Positions 14,443-28,207 of a DNA stretch of 64,000 nucleotides are shown here, one piece after another. The notes under the pieces are model-generated. The model did not search any database, was not told where the DNA came from, and saw only the letters and a list, made by a program, of their open reading frames with translations. Where the stretch lies: assembly GCA_028023455.1 (NCBI GenBank), contig JAQFVV010000009.1:11532001-11596000 (forward strand). The letters are read 5' to 3'. This stretch comes from Epiperipatus broadwayi (taxonomy: Eukaryota > Animalia > Onychophora). Positions within the stretch are counted from its first letter, which is position 1. Each line of letters begins with the position of its first letter. Made by a program: the position numbers and the translations under genes.

Positions 14443-14574
14443 AAATTAATAAATATATTTTGCTAAAAGTGTAAAAGAGTGGAGGTTTGATGTTATTTAA
14501 AAAATAAATAATCAAAATATTGTGTTACTCAGGAGTTTATGACAATTTTAAGTACCAGAAGTAACAGAAGTAGT

Positions 14575-14625
14575 TGTGATCAGTGGACCTTAGCATCAGA
14601 GTCTGCCTCTCTACCATTGTGCTAT
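14575..14625 (-). mobile_element. Degenerate tRNA-derived SINE head
   Basis: Minus strand TAGCACAATGGTAGAG (A-box-like) followed by GACTCTGA and AAGGTCC, as in tRNA arms. Confidence 0.4.
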
Positions 14626-15283
14626 TCCATGCACAGCATTCAATTATAGGATATTTATTATTGTATAGGAAAATAAACACTGAACATTTGTTTCAAATTC
14701 TGTATCTTTTTTGAAGTTAGCATCATCTTCTCAGAATAGATTATAAATTATTTGTAATTCATAATCATGTTATTTTTGCTTTACTATTGCATTGAGATGG
14801 AGTAGAGAGCAACTAAGTGAAATAAAAGATTAAAAAAATACCCACACTTAAAAAATAATGTTTAATATCAAAATTGTGAAGACAGAAATTTGGATATTTT
14901 AAATCAAAATGTAATACATATATATTCAAATATTTATTGATGAGAAATTCTAATTTGGCTTAGCTGATGTGAAGTCTTCCCAAAGTTTGTGGAAAATATG
15001 ATATATGTCAATGAAGATTACAAATGCATTTTAAAAATAAAATTATTTTATTTACTTTAGTGTTATCTATAGAAGCCTGAGCAATGATTGGATATTGTAT
15101 GCTAATGCTATATCTGTTACTTGACTATTTTCCTTCTGTTTATTATTATTATAAATGAATTTTTTGAATGGTTTTAAATCGGTCATTTTCAGTAGAACCA
15201 CCTATGTCTTTTAACTTTTTTAGAGAATAATTGTCAAAATAATTAAAACGTATCTATTATTTAAAAAAAAAATGGAGTTGAAA

Positions 15284-15558
15284 GAATTTGGTTTATTATA
15301 AAGTATTTTTAAAAGATAGTTGTAGAACATTATAACTAAATGAGTTTAATTTAATTAATCTTCTGGTGTATAAGAAAATAAATATGTATTAAAAATATGT
15401 CCAAAAAGTTAATCTTTTTTATTTTTATCTATTCAGTTTATTTATTTTCTTATACACCAGAAGATTAATTAAATTAAGCTCATTTAGTTATAATGTTCTA
15501 CAACTATCTTTAAAAATACTTTATAATAAACCAAATTCATTTTTATCTATTCAGTTTA
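15284..15558. repeat. Local inverted duplication with 20-bp direct repeat
   Basis: Arms 15284-15384 / 15439-15538 (1 substitution, 1 indel); atttttatctattcagttta at 15421-15440 and 15539-15558. Confidence 0.9.
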
Positions 15559-16360
15559 AGATTTTTTATAAAAAGATTAAGATGTAGATCAAGAATATGC
15601 TATCTTAAAAATGTAATCAGTGAATCAGATGGTTTTCATATGCAGATATGAAACAAATTGTTGAAGATAGAGTGATGTGGTTGCAATGATAAGGCAATGA
15701 TTTTAAAAAGTGGTGGTGATACAAGAAATGCGATTAAAGAAATATTCTTTATAGTAATGTTACTTATGATATTAAAATAATATTTTGTTGAAACTGAAGA
15801 AAGACGAAAAGCTCATCACATGACTATTATAAATATAACTTGCCTAGTTGGATATTCTATAAATTGATAATAACATTCATGTATCAAAAATGTAAAGATA
15901 AGCAGCTTTAAATTATTAAAAAAATGAAATTTGAATAATTATCATATTGGAGATAAGATAGCAATTTTTTTTTGTAAACTTATTACTGATGAATTCTTTT
16001 TCTTCACCTAGTTCTAAAAAAAACCCTAAATGTTTTGATAATAATTGCTCCTGTTTCTGTTTTATTATATAAGTGAAAAGAAGAAATTAGAGTGAACATG
16101 TAGGCAAATAACTAATGTAAAAAAAAGGAGAGATTTGATAAAATATTTGTCCTCTCTTTTACTAAATATTTAAAAAAATGAAATAATGTTTGAGATTTTT
16201 TTAAACTTTATCTCATATCAGTTGAACACCAATTAAAAACATCGATATTTTATTAATCAAGGACAGGTAAACTGTTAAACTGTAATTAGTTTATGAAAAA
16301 GCACTTTTAAGTCTAAAAATTATTTGTAAGGTCATTTACTATCCCAAACCTCCATAGATA

Positions 16361-16361
<1 letters not shown>

Positions 16362-16410
<49 letters not shown>
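16362..16410. repeat. Compound (TC)n(TA)n microsatellite
   Basis: Direct reading. Confidence 0.9.
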
Positions 16411-16414
<4 letters not shown>

Positions 16415-16648
16415 TAAATTTCTAAAAGTAGATATAGTATAATATCCATTTTAATTATGAAAATAAAATTTTGATTTGATTTTATTCTTGCAATTTTAGT
16501 CACTAAGAAAATAAAGTCAAATACAGATTTTATTACAAGATGGTGAAAAAAAAAAACAAGATATTATATAAGAGACAAGTTCTTTACTAATTTACCACAA
16601 TGCTTATATTAGAACATTCTTTGGAAAAGAATCATTTTATATGTACAG

Positions 16649-16650
<2 letters not shown>

Positions 16651-16698
<48 letters not shown>
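16651..16698. repeat. (AT)24 microsatellite
   Basis: Direct reading. Confidence 0.95.
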
Positions 16699-16701
<3 letters not shown>

Positions 16702-17859
16702 TATTCTTCTCATAATCTTATTCTAAGAATTGAGGGTGTACAAGTTATTACCCTAAGTTTCGAGTAGGTATATTTATGAACATGGGCTGAATCCCATCTC
16801 AAGCGCCAGTCTTATCAATTAATAAAAATTATACCCCTCGAAAACAAAATAAAAAGTGCTAGTAGACACTCTTTGGGTATCTTATCCAGACTAGCCCAAT
16901 CTCAAGGTCTGGTGAAAAATGTCTACCAGAAGAACAAAGCCAAGATGATCTTATGAAGAGACGTCATATATATATATATCCAGTTATAATTTCTATCTGC
17001 CCACAAATCCTATTACGATAGCCCAGAAGTTATAAAAATCCCAGAATGCAAATAATACACAAGTTATAATCAAATTCTAAGATTTATTAACACATGTATA
17101 CATATCTCAATATCTTAAGCATACAACTCATTTATTCTGATACACATATATATGATTCATATACATATTAACGAAAAGTGCAATTACATGTCAAAGTTAT
17201 TTATTAAATGATTTAAGAAATTATTTATTACTTTCTTTAAATTGGAATAACACATGTTTCTTAATCTATTACTAAATGTTCATTGAATATATATTGAGAA
17301 AAGGTCATGGTTACCTCTGTTAAGGGCAAATGTTCATGTGGTCAAGGCTAACGATCCGTAAGTTTACAGTCTTAAAATAATGCTGGTTTTTGCGAGAGTC
17401 ATTGATCTGAACAATGATGACAGGCTCTGAAATATCCTACACAAAATAAGCCATCCTAGAGGTTAGTAGATGATTTTTAACTTGCTTGTGAGAGGTTCTA
17501 GCTGTTTGGAGTTTGTGTCCATTACACTTGATTAAATAAACAGCAAATCTCCAATGAAGTTCAGGTCAGTCCCACAATAGCTGTTCACTGAGCTGGCCTA
17601 ATGAACCGGTACAATTATATTTATCCCTGCATTTCAATGGAGTACACTAATAAATTTTTATTAATTAATAATAATGTTAATATGTTTTTTTCTTTCCCAC
17701 GTCTTTATTACCTGTATCTATTTTTTATTATATTTAATCACCGACTATATAGTTCTTTTCTTTAACGCTCTTTAACCTCACTTTTCTTTTTATCTATTCG
17801 TATGCCAATGACCAGATCTCAAGAATTCTTTTAGCTTCCATTGTTCTAAAATACTAACT

Positions 17860-20800
17860 TGACCAGTTCAAAGAAAAAAAGAGTGCTTTCAGTGGCGAAT
17901 GCTCTACTTTCAATCTGGGCCTTGGCAGCCTCCTCCTTTTATACTCTCTCACTATCCCCGGTTGAAATTTTCTCAGATAGTGTTCATCAGGTAACATCAA
18001 GAAGGAATCATTGTGCAATTCTTGCAGGAGAAGGAAGAACTATGTACCTCACCTTTCTCTAAGCCCAGTTCACCCCTTACACCATAATATCTCTGCTTTT
18101 TTTACTATTTCTCCATACCTTATCTCCATACCTTATGTTTATCTCTGTGGTTGGTTTAAACATTTGGGACCTTAACTTGATCCACAGGCTCCTCACTCTC
18201 AAATGTTGGTTTGAACTTAACTCACCCAATATCCTCTTCCTTGCTAAAACTAAACTGTCCACTCACTTTAACCACAGGATTTACTCCACTTTATTCACCT
18301 TTGGTTTATTCAACTTTTCCACTGCCTTGACATCTGCTGGAGAAGTTGCCATCCTCATTAATAAATGTGCCCCATCTCCTTTTTTATTCTACATCTCGAT
18401 GCTCATTCTATTATCTTAGAGGTGCAATTTGGGTGCTTCAGAAGTTTTGTGATTTATTTATATCTGCCCTCCACTGACACCCTCATTAAATCTATTATTC
18501 AATGAATCAACTACATCACAGCTGCTGCCTCCCTTCCCATTCTTCTTCTGGGTGACATCAACATGGGATACCAGTTCTTTACACATAAATATCTACATCT
18601 CTTTTCCAGAGGCTTAATGTGTGGGCAGGGCTTTTTCCCAGACCACACCTACTCATTCTAAACCTGTAAGTATCAGACCCTCATTGATTTAACATTCTAC
18701 TCTCCTGATATCCATTTCATGATTGAATCAGACCAATTGAATCAATCGGACCAAATACCTCTTTTGAATCACAAAACATTATACCTTTTCCTTGACATTG
18801 ACTCCAGCCCTCCAGTGAACTTTGGTCTCAGAAGAACAATATGATTCCTCAACAAACAAAATGCACCCATAGATTGCTTTCAGAAATTTATATATACTTT
18901 CATAAAATCAATATCCCTTCAAATGGAGCCCATCTCTGCATAGTTGGCATTTGTAGAAATCTTGCAAGATGCCATCCACAAATACACCTGGAATTCCCAA
19001 GGGCTGCTCAAGTTTCTGGCTGCAATGGACAAAATTGTAGAGCAACTAAATGATCAAGAGAGTAGGCCATTAGATTTATCCAACTGAAACTTCAATATCA
19101 GGATGCTCAAAGGGCCTTGGCTGAGTACATCTCAGTCAAACATACCTAGAGATATGTGGGGAATCAGCATTGTTGGACCAGAAGTTACCTGGGGTGGGCT
19201 CTTGGTTTCCACAGGAAACAAACCACTCCATCCATCACGGTCGGCAACAAATCTTACATAGGTCAGGAATTGCTCCTTCATTTGAGAAACCATTACAAGT
19301 ATATGCTCTTCAAGGCTGACATTCCTACTTTTACTATGCCATCAACCTCGGATGTCAACTATGGCCCTGGCATATTCAGGCTGTGCTACTTAAACTGAAA
19401 AATTTCCCTGGCCACATCCACCCTAGTCCTCATGCTATCCCCATATCCCTCCTTCTTCACTTAAGACAATTCATTACCTTCAACATGATTAACAATATGG
19501 CCTCAGGCATTGAGGTCTCTATCTGGCTGCATTGACCCTTTCCTTAAGAAAGATTGGCCACCCACTGAGCTCAAGTCTTAAGCCTATTTTGATGATCCCT
19601 TTGCTCATAAAACTTATCGAGTCTACCATCAAAGAGTCACTAGAACAATTCCTACTCTCTGCCCTTTGGCCTCACAATTTTCTTGTAAGGGGCACTCCAC
19701 TCTTGGTGCTGCCACACTCTTTAAGATGATTACCAAACATGTGTGGCAGTCTTGAAGTGGCAGGCCCATTGCTGTCCAGCTGCACATTCAGGTAGCCTTC
19801 AACCCTGTCAGGATCAACCTGCTACTTGGACCTTAACATTCCAGAGACCCTCCTGTCCATCCTCCACAATCTCCTGTCCAACAGAGAAATCCTAGTTATC
19901 CTTGATGGCAAGGTTGCCCCAAGCTTCACACCAATGTATCCATTTCTCAGGCCTTTCTGCTGAGCACATTGTTGTTCATCACATTTCTGAATCCTCTCTT
20001 GGTCAGGTTGGAACATGGCCTCCCAGGAATCCTTCTTCCTCCTGGGCAAAAGCATCAACTGCTTTGCTTATGTAGATGATGTGCTTATCTTGCTTTAATC
20101 TCATTCCCAAGTTTCAACAGATCCTCACCTGGTACACCAAAACATACAGGCTGGAATTTAGCAGTGACAAATCAGTAGCCTGGAAACTTCCGATAAACAA
20201 ATCCCTTCCATCTTCAATGCCAAGCCACACAACTTTCTCAGATTCCTTTTCATGCTATCTCACAAGAACATGGGAGTCCAGGTCCAAACCACACTATATA
20301 AAAACATATCATCCACCCTCAGTGCTATCACAGGCATGGGAAAGTCATCCTCAATTTTTTAGTGTTTTCCAAGATAGCATATTACCTCCCCATTGTTCTC
20401 TCTACACACTCCTTCATATTCAAAATCAATACCCTTTGCACCTGTTTTCTCTGAAGCAGAAAGTTGGTGTCCATCAGCTTAAAAAGAACATTGTTTTCCT
20501 AAAAACCTCAATGGGCTGTGCCTGCACTCCATTGACACTCTTCTGATTCAGAGAACTTACAATATTATACTCATGTAAATCACTTTCCTGTTGATTTTGT
20601 GTATACCCATGCTCATAAGTCATTTTCCTGTTGATCTTGTGCATATCATTGTCACTCCCATTGACACTCCTCCTCCCAATGGCAGGCCCAGATCATGGAC
20701 CTCTCACATCACAAACATCCTACAAAAGGCTGGCTTTGCTATACCTTCCATCTGCAGAAAATTAAAGTACTGGGAGGTTATCAATCGGACCATAGAATCC

Positions 20801-21503
20801 TCCATTGTCTCCCCTACATTTCTCAAACTTACCAATGTTCAATTAATCCTCAAATTCAAAAGGTGGTCCTTTGAAGAAACCATAGGGGTTTCAGTAAGAT
20901 CTATTCTAGCTCTGTAAAACTGACAATGAAATCCTCCAGCACTTCCTACTCAAATATCCCTTTTTGCTTGGAGTGAGAAGTGTCATTAACTCCTGCCTTT
21001 CCTCACACAGGAATACCATCTTCAGTTAATCTTCAAGGACTTATTGAAACAGGAGTCTTTGCAACCATCAGACTATCAGTTTTCTGCATCTATGCACTCT
21101 GGCTGCTTCGATGTACTATTATTTTAGACTAGAGAGTACACTCAGTGAATCAAAAACTATTGGATTCACTCTCTCAAAACCATAGATACCAAACTAGCCC
21201 CACTCCACTCCTCACAGTCACCTGGGAAATCCTCCAACTTCCATCCTCTCAGCCTCTGTCACTGGACTCATCCAATTAAATGTTTGCAATCTGTGCAATC
21301 ACTCACTCAACAGGGATGTGTGTCTCAGACTTACAATCAAAGATTTTTTTGGCCTGGATTACATACCCTTTCCACATCCCTTTCTTTTCTCATATGTATC
21401 CTTCCTCTTTTCACCATGTTGTTCCTGAATTTCATTTTATCATGTAATCACTTCTTTGTAAACCTTTTTTAACTGTAATTGTATCTATTTTTTTATGAAT
21501 AAA
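17860..21503 (+). mobile_element. Decayed L1/Tx1-like non-LTR retrotransposon (APE endonuclease + RT); 5' end approximate
   Basis: ORF 18135-18419 GLNIWDLN...ILFLAKTKL (APE start); LLLGDIN near 18545; RT motif FAYVDD at 20063-20080; T-rich 3' UTR with AATAAA at 21498-21503; frame broken by many stops and frameshifts. Confidence 0.85.
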
Positions 21504-22029
21504 CTTTCATCACTGAGAAATAAAATACAAATACACCCTTATATATCACACACTGCTTTTATAATCTATTTATTTAACATATTATCACACTGTTTTCTTA
21601 ACCTTTTCTGAAGCAAAAATTATTTCTGATATTTATAATTTACATTCATGCACATTGGTAAGCTGGAGGTTATACAAAGAAAATTACTTATCAACCTATT
21701 TTCACATCATCTGATATCAAAATCCAAATACACAGTCTTCTTTATATCAAAATCCAAATACAGTCTTTTTTTTTGTTCATATTTAACTTTGGTACCAAGG
21801 GAATTAAGTTTGAATTGGAGTATGTTTAAAATTAATTTGGTAATTTTTTATATGTGTATGTTTATGGTAAACACATAAATAAAAACTAAAAGCATATAAA
21901 AATAAAGTTTATTGAAAGTAAAAAAATAATATAGAAGCAAAAAAGTGTATGTAATTGAGTGAATGTTAATCACTAGCATTAATACTTACACATAAAAAAA
22001 CTCAAGGTTTATAGCAAGTAAAGAAAGAA

Positions 22030-23400
22030 AAGATAAATTTTGATTATAAAAAATGCTAAAATAGATTTGGAACACAAAATGACTGTATGCGATGTCAATG
22101 AACTTTATGGCTCAATTAACAGAAAAACCTCCGTTATCATCATCAAAGATGAGTTAAATGAGAAAAATTATCCAACAAAATGAATTGATTTTATAATAGA
22201 ATTCTTGAAGTGGCTGGATAACAACATTTTGGCTAAATTTGAAAACAAATGGTATGTTATGAATGAAAGTTGGCCAATGGGATTGCCAATGAGTGGAATT
22301 GTTGCTAGTATCATCATAAACCATTATGAGAGCCAAATTCTTCCAAAACATTTCACAAAAGATCCAACACTCATATACACTCAATATGTTGATGATATTT
22401 TTATTGCAGCAAAACCTCCCACCACTATCAACATACAAAATGAATTTCAAACCATCTCAGGATTAACCCTTAGTAGAACTGATGAAAACAAGGAACAAGA
22501 AATAAAATATCTAGACTTGTTAATAAAAAGAGAAAACACATACTTAGATTATAAAATGATGGTTAAACCACTGCACATAAGAGCTTACACAAGTCCAAAG
22601 TCTAACACCCTCAACATATACAAATGGGCAAGTATGAATGCTTTCCTATTCAGAAATCACCATTTATGTAAATACATAGTGGATAGGAAAAACAACATCG
22701 ACAAATATATAAAGGAAATGACTAACATAGGCTTTAAACCCAATATAATCAATCAGAGAATAAAAACATTTTATAGAAAACTCAGAAATAAACAGCCTAA
22801 AGACAATATGGAATACCTATCAACTCCTTTTATACATAATGTAACTTCAAATATTGCAAAAAAATTGCCTAACAATTTCAAATTTAGCTTCAGAACACCT
22901 CCCAATACTAACTGACTAATAAATAATTCCAAAGATACAATAGAAAAAGATCAAGCCCCTCATGTGGTCTATAAAATGGCATGCCCTCAATTAGGCTGCC
23001 GGGTATCTTACTACGGTAAGACTCGGGCTAACCTTAGTGCAAGAATTTACCAATACAGGTAAACAGGGTTAAAAATAAAAATGAAGGAACATCAGTATTC
23101 TGGGACCACCAAGCAGCTACAGGCCATATATTTGAATCTAGTTCTGCCCAAATAATTACAGAGAAGAGTGATGCCAAAAGAAAAGTTAAAGAAGCTTTTT
23201 ACATTGCAAATGGTCCCAGTGCAATTAATAGAAGAGAGGCATGCTTTGCTCTCTCTAAACAATGGACTAATTAAATATTCAAACTCATTTGCATATGTAT
23301 ATAATAAATCACAACAGTATTCATTCACAAAGCTATGAGTATGAGATTCGAACATTAAATCTCAAAAGCGCTAAGCAGACCTATTACACATTATTTTAAG
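22030..23400 (+). mobile_element. 5'-truncated Penelope-like element (RT + GIY-YIG endonuclease), decayed
   Basis: CDVNELYGSI at 22088-22117; ORF 22205-22915 with GLPMSG, YVDDIF, KYLDL; past one in-frame TGA, HVVYKMACPQLGCRVSYYGKT from 22961 and KRKVKEAFYI; HHR motif in the 3' tail. Confidence 0.9.
23332..23376 (+). ncRNA. Hammerhead motif with A3-U8 core variant, G12 to A
   Basis: GCU-AUGAGUA-U-GAGAUU-cgaacauua-AAUCUC-AAAA-GCGC-UA-AGC. Confidence 0.6.
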
Positions 23401-26400
23401 TATAATTATAGCTTCACTAACACATGTGAAAAAAGTCGCATATTTATAATTAAAATTTTGATTATAATATATATAATTTAAACAACCTTTGCTTGGAATT
23501 TCATGTTTTGAGATTAATCTTTTATCTATAAATATATGAGACAGAGCAATGAAAAGCTTTTGAGTAAACTCATTGTGAAATAAAATATTTGGAAAAAATA
23601 AATAATCAAATTTAGAAATATAACATTTTTATTTCATTTAATAAAAGCACTATAGTCCATTGTCTCATTGTATCACATTATTAGATTCAGCTCTTCAATA
23701 AATATCTAGTTGATTTTATATATATTTTTAATAATTGTTAATCAAAATTATGTTCTAACATGATTTGTTTTTTGTTTATTACATATTTATGTACAATGTT
23801 AAGATTTGTTTTGTTTTTTAAGGCCATTTGTATATTTTGTTTAAAATAATTACTATGCGTGTATTGTCAAAGCAGCTATTGTTTATTTGTGCATTGCTGG
23901 CTTGCAGTTTTTTGCTTTTGATATATTTGTGTTATTTGAATCAAAGATTTCATGTCACTGTTCTTTTTAAAAAACATTTGAGTATATTTTTTAGATTTAA
24001 AAATAAATAACATGTTAATTATAATATAAATATAATTGAAAGTGCATAGGATTATAATGAAAGAATAGTAATGGAAGCTTTATACAGTAAATAGTAAAAC
24101 ATCTTAAATAAAATTGATCGAAGAGAAGCAATTTGTTTCCTTGCTTTTTTTTTGTTTAAATATTTTTAGTTTTTAGATGCTAAAATTTAGTTTGATTATA
24201 TAATATGTTTAGAAACAATTGTTATCCTAATGAAAATTTTTTCTAGTAAGAACAATAATTGTTCTTAGGATATCTACAACAGTTTTGTGAATGTAAATTA
24301 ATTTTGTAAATTAACGTTATCATAAATAAATAAAATAAAAAGAAAAATTAAAGAATAAAGTAATACTAAAATTTTATAGAATATTGGATTTTTTGTTATT
24401 TCATTGTAATATTTTGTGCATTATCAATTTCATATATGTGTATTATTGAAAGAAAGAGATAACATAGTAAATATTACATGATATTTTTTAATAAGAGTAA
24501 ATGCATTCATTTATTAGTTTGTGTGCATATACATTTGTGTATATCATATTATAATTTTTCAGATAAACTATGGGTCTTTAATTAATATTTGCATATATTG
24601 ATTCAGAAAATAAGCACAATTTTTCATAAAAAATTAGAATAATGTTATTTAGATATATTGGATCAAGTTTTGTAAGAAATTATGAAGATATTTTCTAATA
24701 TTGTATATATTTTTGTATATCATTAATTTAACATTTTCTATATTGTTTTAAAGATTTTTCAGTAGTTTTTTTTAATAAAAAAAATGTAGAATTTAGAAGT
24801 TATTTATCATTTAAATGTAGTTTTATGAATATACATTATATATTTCACATAGTTGCCACTTATATTTTAAATTAAATTGAGGCAAATATAATAATTAAGA
24901 GTTATATAAAGTACAATATGATTCCTCATATGTAATACTATTTATATAAGTGGGAGAAAACAAATGAAGTTATGTATTCTATAGTATATTCAGAATGTGA
25001 TTTTTTTTTCAAAAAGATATTACAAATAAATATGTCTGCTTATTAACACCTGATTTTAATAATGTTTATAAAACTATTCTGCCAATATTAAAATATAGAA
25101 AAATAAATGAATTTTTAATGTTTTTATTTTTATAATAATTTTATTAAAAAAATCTTCCTCTTTCTGTTTTATTTGAATAGCTTGTTTCAATCTTTGCATT
25201 TAAATAATTTTATATTATTCAATTTTTTATACAATAAAAGGAAAAAAGAAATTCCTGAAAAAATTGATATTTATTATTTTAATTTTCATATTTTTAAGAA
25301 TATTATTAAATACTCACATGTAAATTAATATTAATTTTTATTTTAAATATACTACCTTTAAACTAAACCAAAAAATTATCATATTCAATTATTATCCTAT
25401 TCCTACACATCATCCCTGATAATTTTTTTGAACATCAATATGATTTGCGATTTGTTTTCAAACATTTATAGATACTTTTTTAAAAAAAAAAAACATTTTT
25501 TTCATCTTTTTTATCTTTTCCAATACAAGTCTAATGAAGTTCAAGAAATTAAATTTTAAGATGAATATTTGTCATATGACAAAACATAATGAAATCACAA
25601 AAATATAACATTATATCTATTTCATCATCATGAAATTAAATAAGTATATCTAATAGGAATATAAGAACTTGTTAGATTTTTTTTTTATCATTGACAATCC
25701 TTTTTTGCTAACCATAGTAGGATGATTTTACACTGGTCTTATAAATAAATATTTATAGGCTAAATATGTGTATGTAACACAAATGAGTTCTTTACAAAAG
25801 GTGTTATTTTGATGTTTTTAAGATTGCTTAGACGTTTTGCATACTACTAATTTTTGTAACAATTTGATTTATTTTTATCATGATTGTCTGAATGTTTGGC
25901 ATAATACTATTTTGAGCAATTTAAGCTCCTAGAAGAAATTAATTGATCTTTTTATCATTATAACTATCTATCTGCAGGTACAGAGAACTAATTCTAATTT
26001 TATTCAACTTATGAAATAAATTTCCTGCTATGTTCAATACCATAGCTTTTATATATTCGACATCTGCCAAATAAATTGAAGCACTGCAATCCAGAAAGAC
26101 TTTAAAGCTTTTATTTTTCATTTTGTCTTTGCCCCTTTTACCACAATCAGACATTTTTGCTTATTATTTTTAATAATGCATAGTATTCTTATAGGAGATG
26201 AGTGACAATAATTTTTCAAAATTTAATTATATTCTAAAATATAATAATATTAATTAATATATATATAATAATTAATAAACACAGCACTTTGAACTATATG
26301 TAAATCTAAGACTAACTTTCTAAATATTGTTAATATCAATATCCATTCTCTTTGTCATATAGCCAAGCAAACATAAAATGATTATTTATATCTGTTTCCT

Positions 26401-27690
26401 TAGTTTTTATAGAGATGACATTTCTGATAATTGATATTGTTCAATGTAAATTTTAAATCAAATCTATATTCAAACATAGACTCCTTTAATACAATTAAAC
26501 TTTAACTTCAAAAGTATAATTTAAAAATCTTTGTAAATTAATAAGAACCTAGAGCCTAAAACAAAAACGTTTTTTTTTTTTGTTGATGGAGGGTTTTTTA
26601 AAAATTGTAATATAATAGTTAGTAAAAGGTAATATTTCAATTTTCACACTAACAAGAATAATATAAGTTATTCTATTATTTTTTATAAATATTTTTAAGT
26701 GTGTTAATAAATTCAAGATATATTTATGTGTTAAATTCTTTATTCCAAAGACAGATAGAACATTAGTGTTTTTTCAGTGTTTGTACACATATTTTTAGGT
26801 GCATTAGTAAAATTAAGATATATGTATGTTAAGTTCTCTATCTAAAGGCAAGTAAAATAACTAGGTAATAAATTAGTGTAATTAAATGATAACATTTAAT
26901 GATTATCTTGTATTTATACATGTGCATGTGTGATTTACAAACTAAGTATTTTATATCATGAAGTAAAAAAAAATACACAAATTATTTGCAAATGGATTAG
27001 AAAATTTATTTTCTAAATATTTTTTCAAAACAAGAATATATTATTTTAGTTTTGCAATTCTCATAAAAATTCTATTCTTTTCATTTTTTAAAAAAAAATT
27101 ATTGAAAACTTATTAAAGTAAACTTTTAGTTTTGTTAATTTAAAGAATGTTTTAATCTTTAAGACATAAACTTTTTCTTATAATATTTGTAAAATATTAT
27201 ATACATGACTTTTTTTTTCAACATTTATCAATGATAGTGTTGATTCTGCACTAGCTGAGATGATAGGTAAAGTTTTATGAATCTCATATTGCAAGATCCC
27301 CCAAGATATAATTGATGGTTTAAAACTTGAGGATAGACTTCCGTAATTACACAATGCACTTTTAGTTTATGAGGTGTTTTTGTTTTTGTTTCACAAGATA
27401 AAAAAGGTAGCTTGCCATTGCCTCCACCATAGTATCACAGTAATTAAAAATATTCTACTAATTTTTCTTACTGAATATCATGATTAAATGTTATCATTTG
27501 AAAGTAATATTATTTTGCCTATAGAAAACTTAATATATATTAGTTATAATTTTAAAATTGTAAAAATAAATCATGATATTCTTCTGTTTTTCTTTTAATT
27601 GAATACTGGTTAGAAATGAAAATGAATATGATAAACAAATAATAATAACAACTGCATAAATGAAAAAATTTAAAACACAAACATTATTGT

Positions 27691-28021
27691 TTATAGTCTT
27701 CAAAATACCATATAATACTCGATTGCTCAAACACTTTACTATTTTTACTATGCTTTATTTTCCACCCTTTTCTACAGTTTACAGTTTTGATTGCCCCAGC
27801 AATCTTCTTCAAAACATTATATCTCCTATTCTCAACTGTCACAGTTATTTGGAGATATAATGTTTTGAACAAGATTGCTGGGGCAATCAAAACTGTAAAC
27901 TGTAGAAAAGGGTGGGAAATAAAGCATTGTAAAAGTAGTAAAGTGTTTGGACAATTGAGTATTATATGGTATACATTTTGCAATGTAATAGGAAAGAGTA
28001 GTTATTATAATCTTCAAAATA
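27691..28021. mobile_element. Fold-back HHR-bearing insertion with 17-bp TSD
   Basis: 122-bp arms 27705-27826 / 27851-27972 (7 mismatches), each with (U)UGAA(G/C)A-A-GAUUG-CUGGGG-CAAUC-AAAAC; ttata(g/a)tcttcaaaata at 27691-27707 and 28005-28021. Confidence 0.8.
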
Positions 28022-28109
28022 TTTAAATCTGTGCAATACTTAATATAAATTCTATAATGTATCAAAGTAAACATTAAAAACCAAAAGCATTTAAACAATC
28101 TGCTTTTGC

Positions 28110-28112
<3 letters not shown>

Positions 28113-28204
<92 letters not shown>
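28113..28204. repeat. (AT)46 microsatellite
   Basis: Direct reading. Confidence 0.97.

Positions 28205-28207
<3 letters not shown>

Noticed and set aside
15790-15820. CUGAAGA-AAGAC-GAAA-AGCUC hammerhead-like string
   Set aside because: No stem II or stem I can form.
16737-17646. TGTAC...GTACA as solo-LTR termini
   Set aside because: No target-site duplication flanks these ends.
22913-22915. In-frame TGA between RT and GIY-YIG of the PLE, considered as selenocysteine or programmed read-through
   Set aside because: It is not at a Cys position, CGA-to-TGA decay explains it, the copy has other disablements, and no SECIS was recognised.
27220-27272. Possible micro-exon ending ...gagatgatag|gtaaag
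   Set aside because: The phase-0 frame required by the downstream exon contains TGA TAG, and the acceptor is weak.
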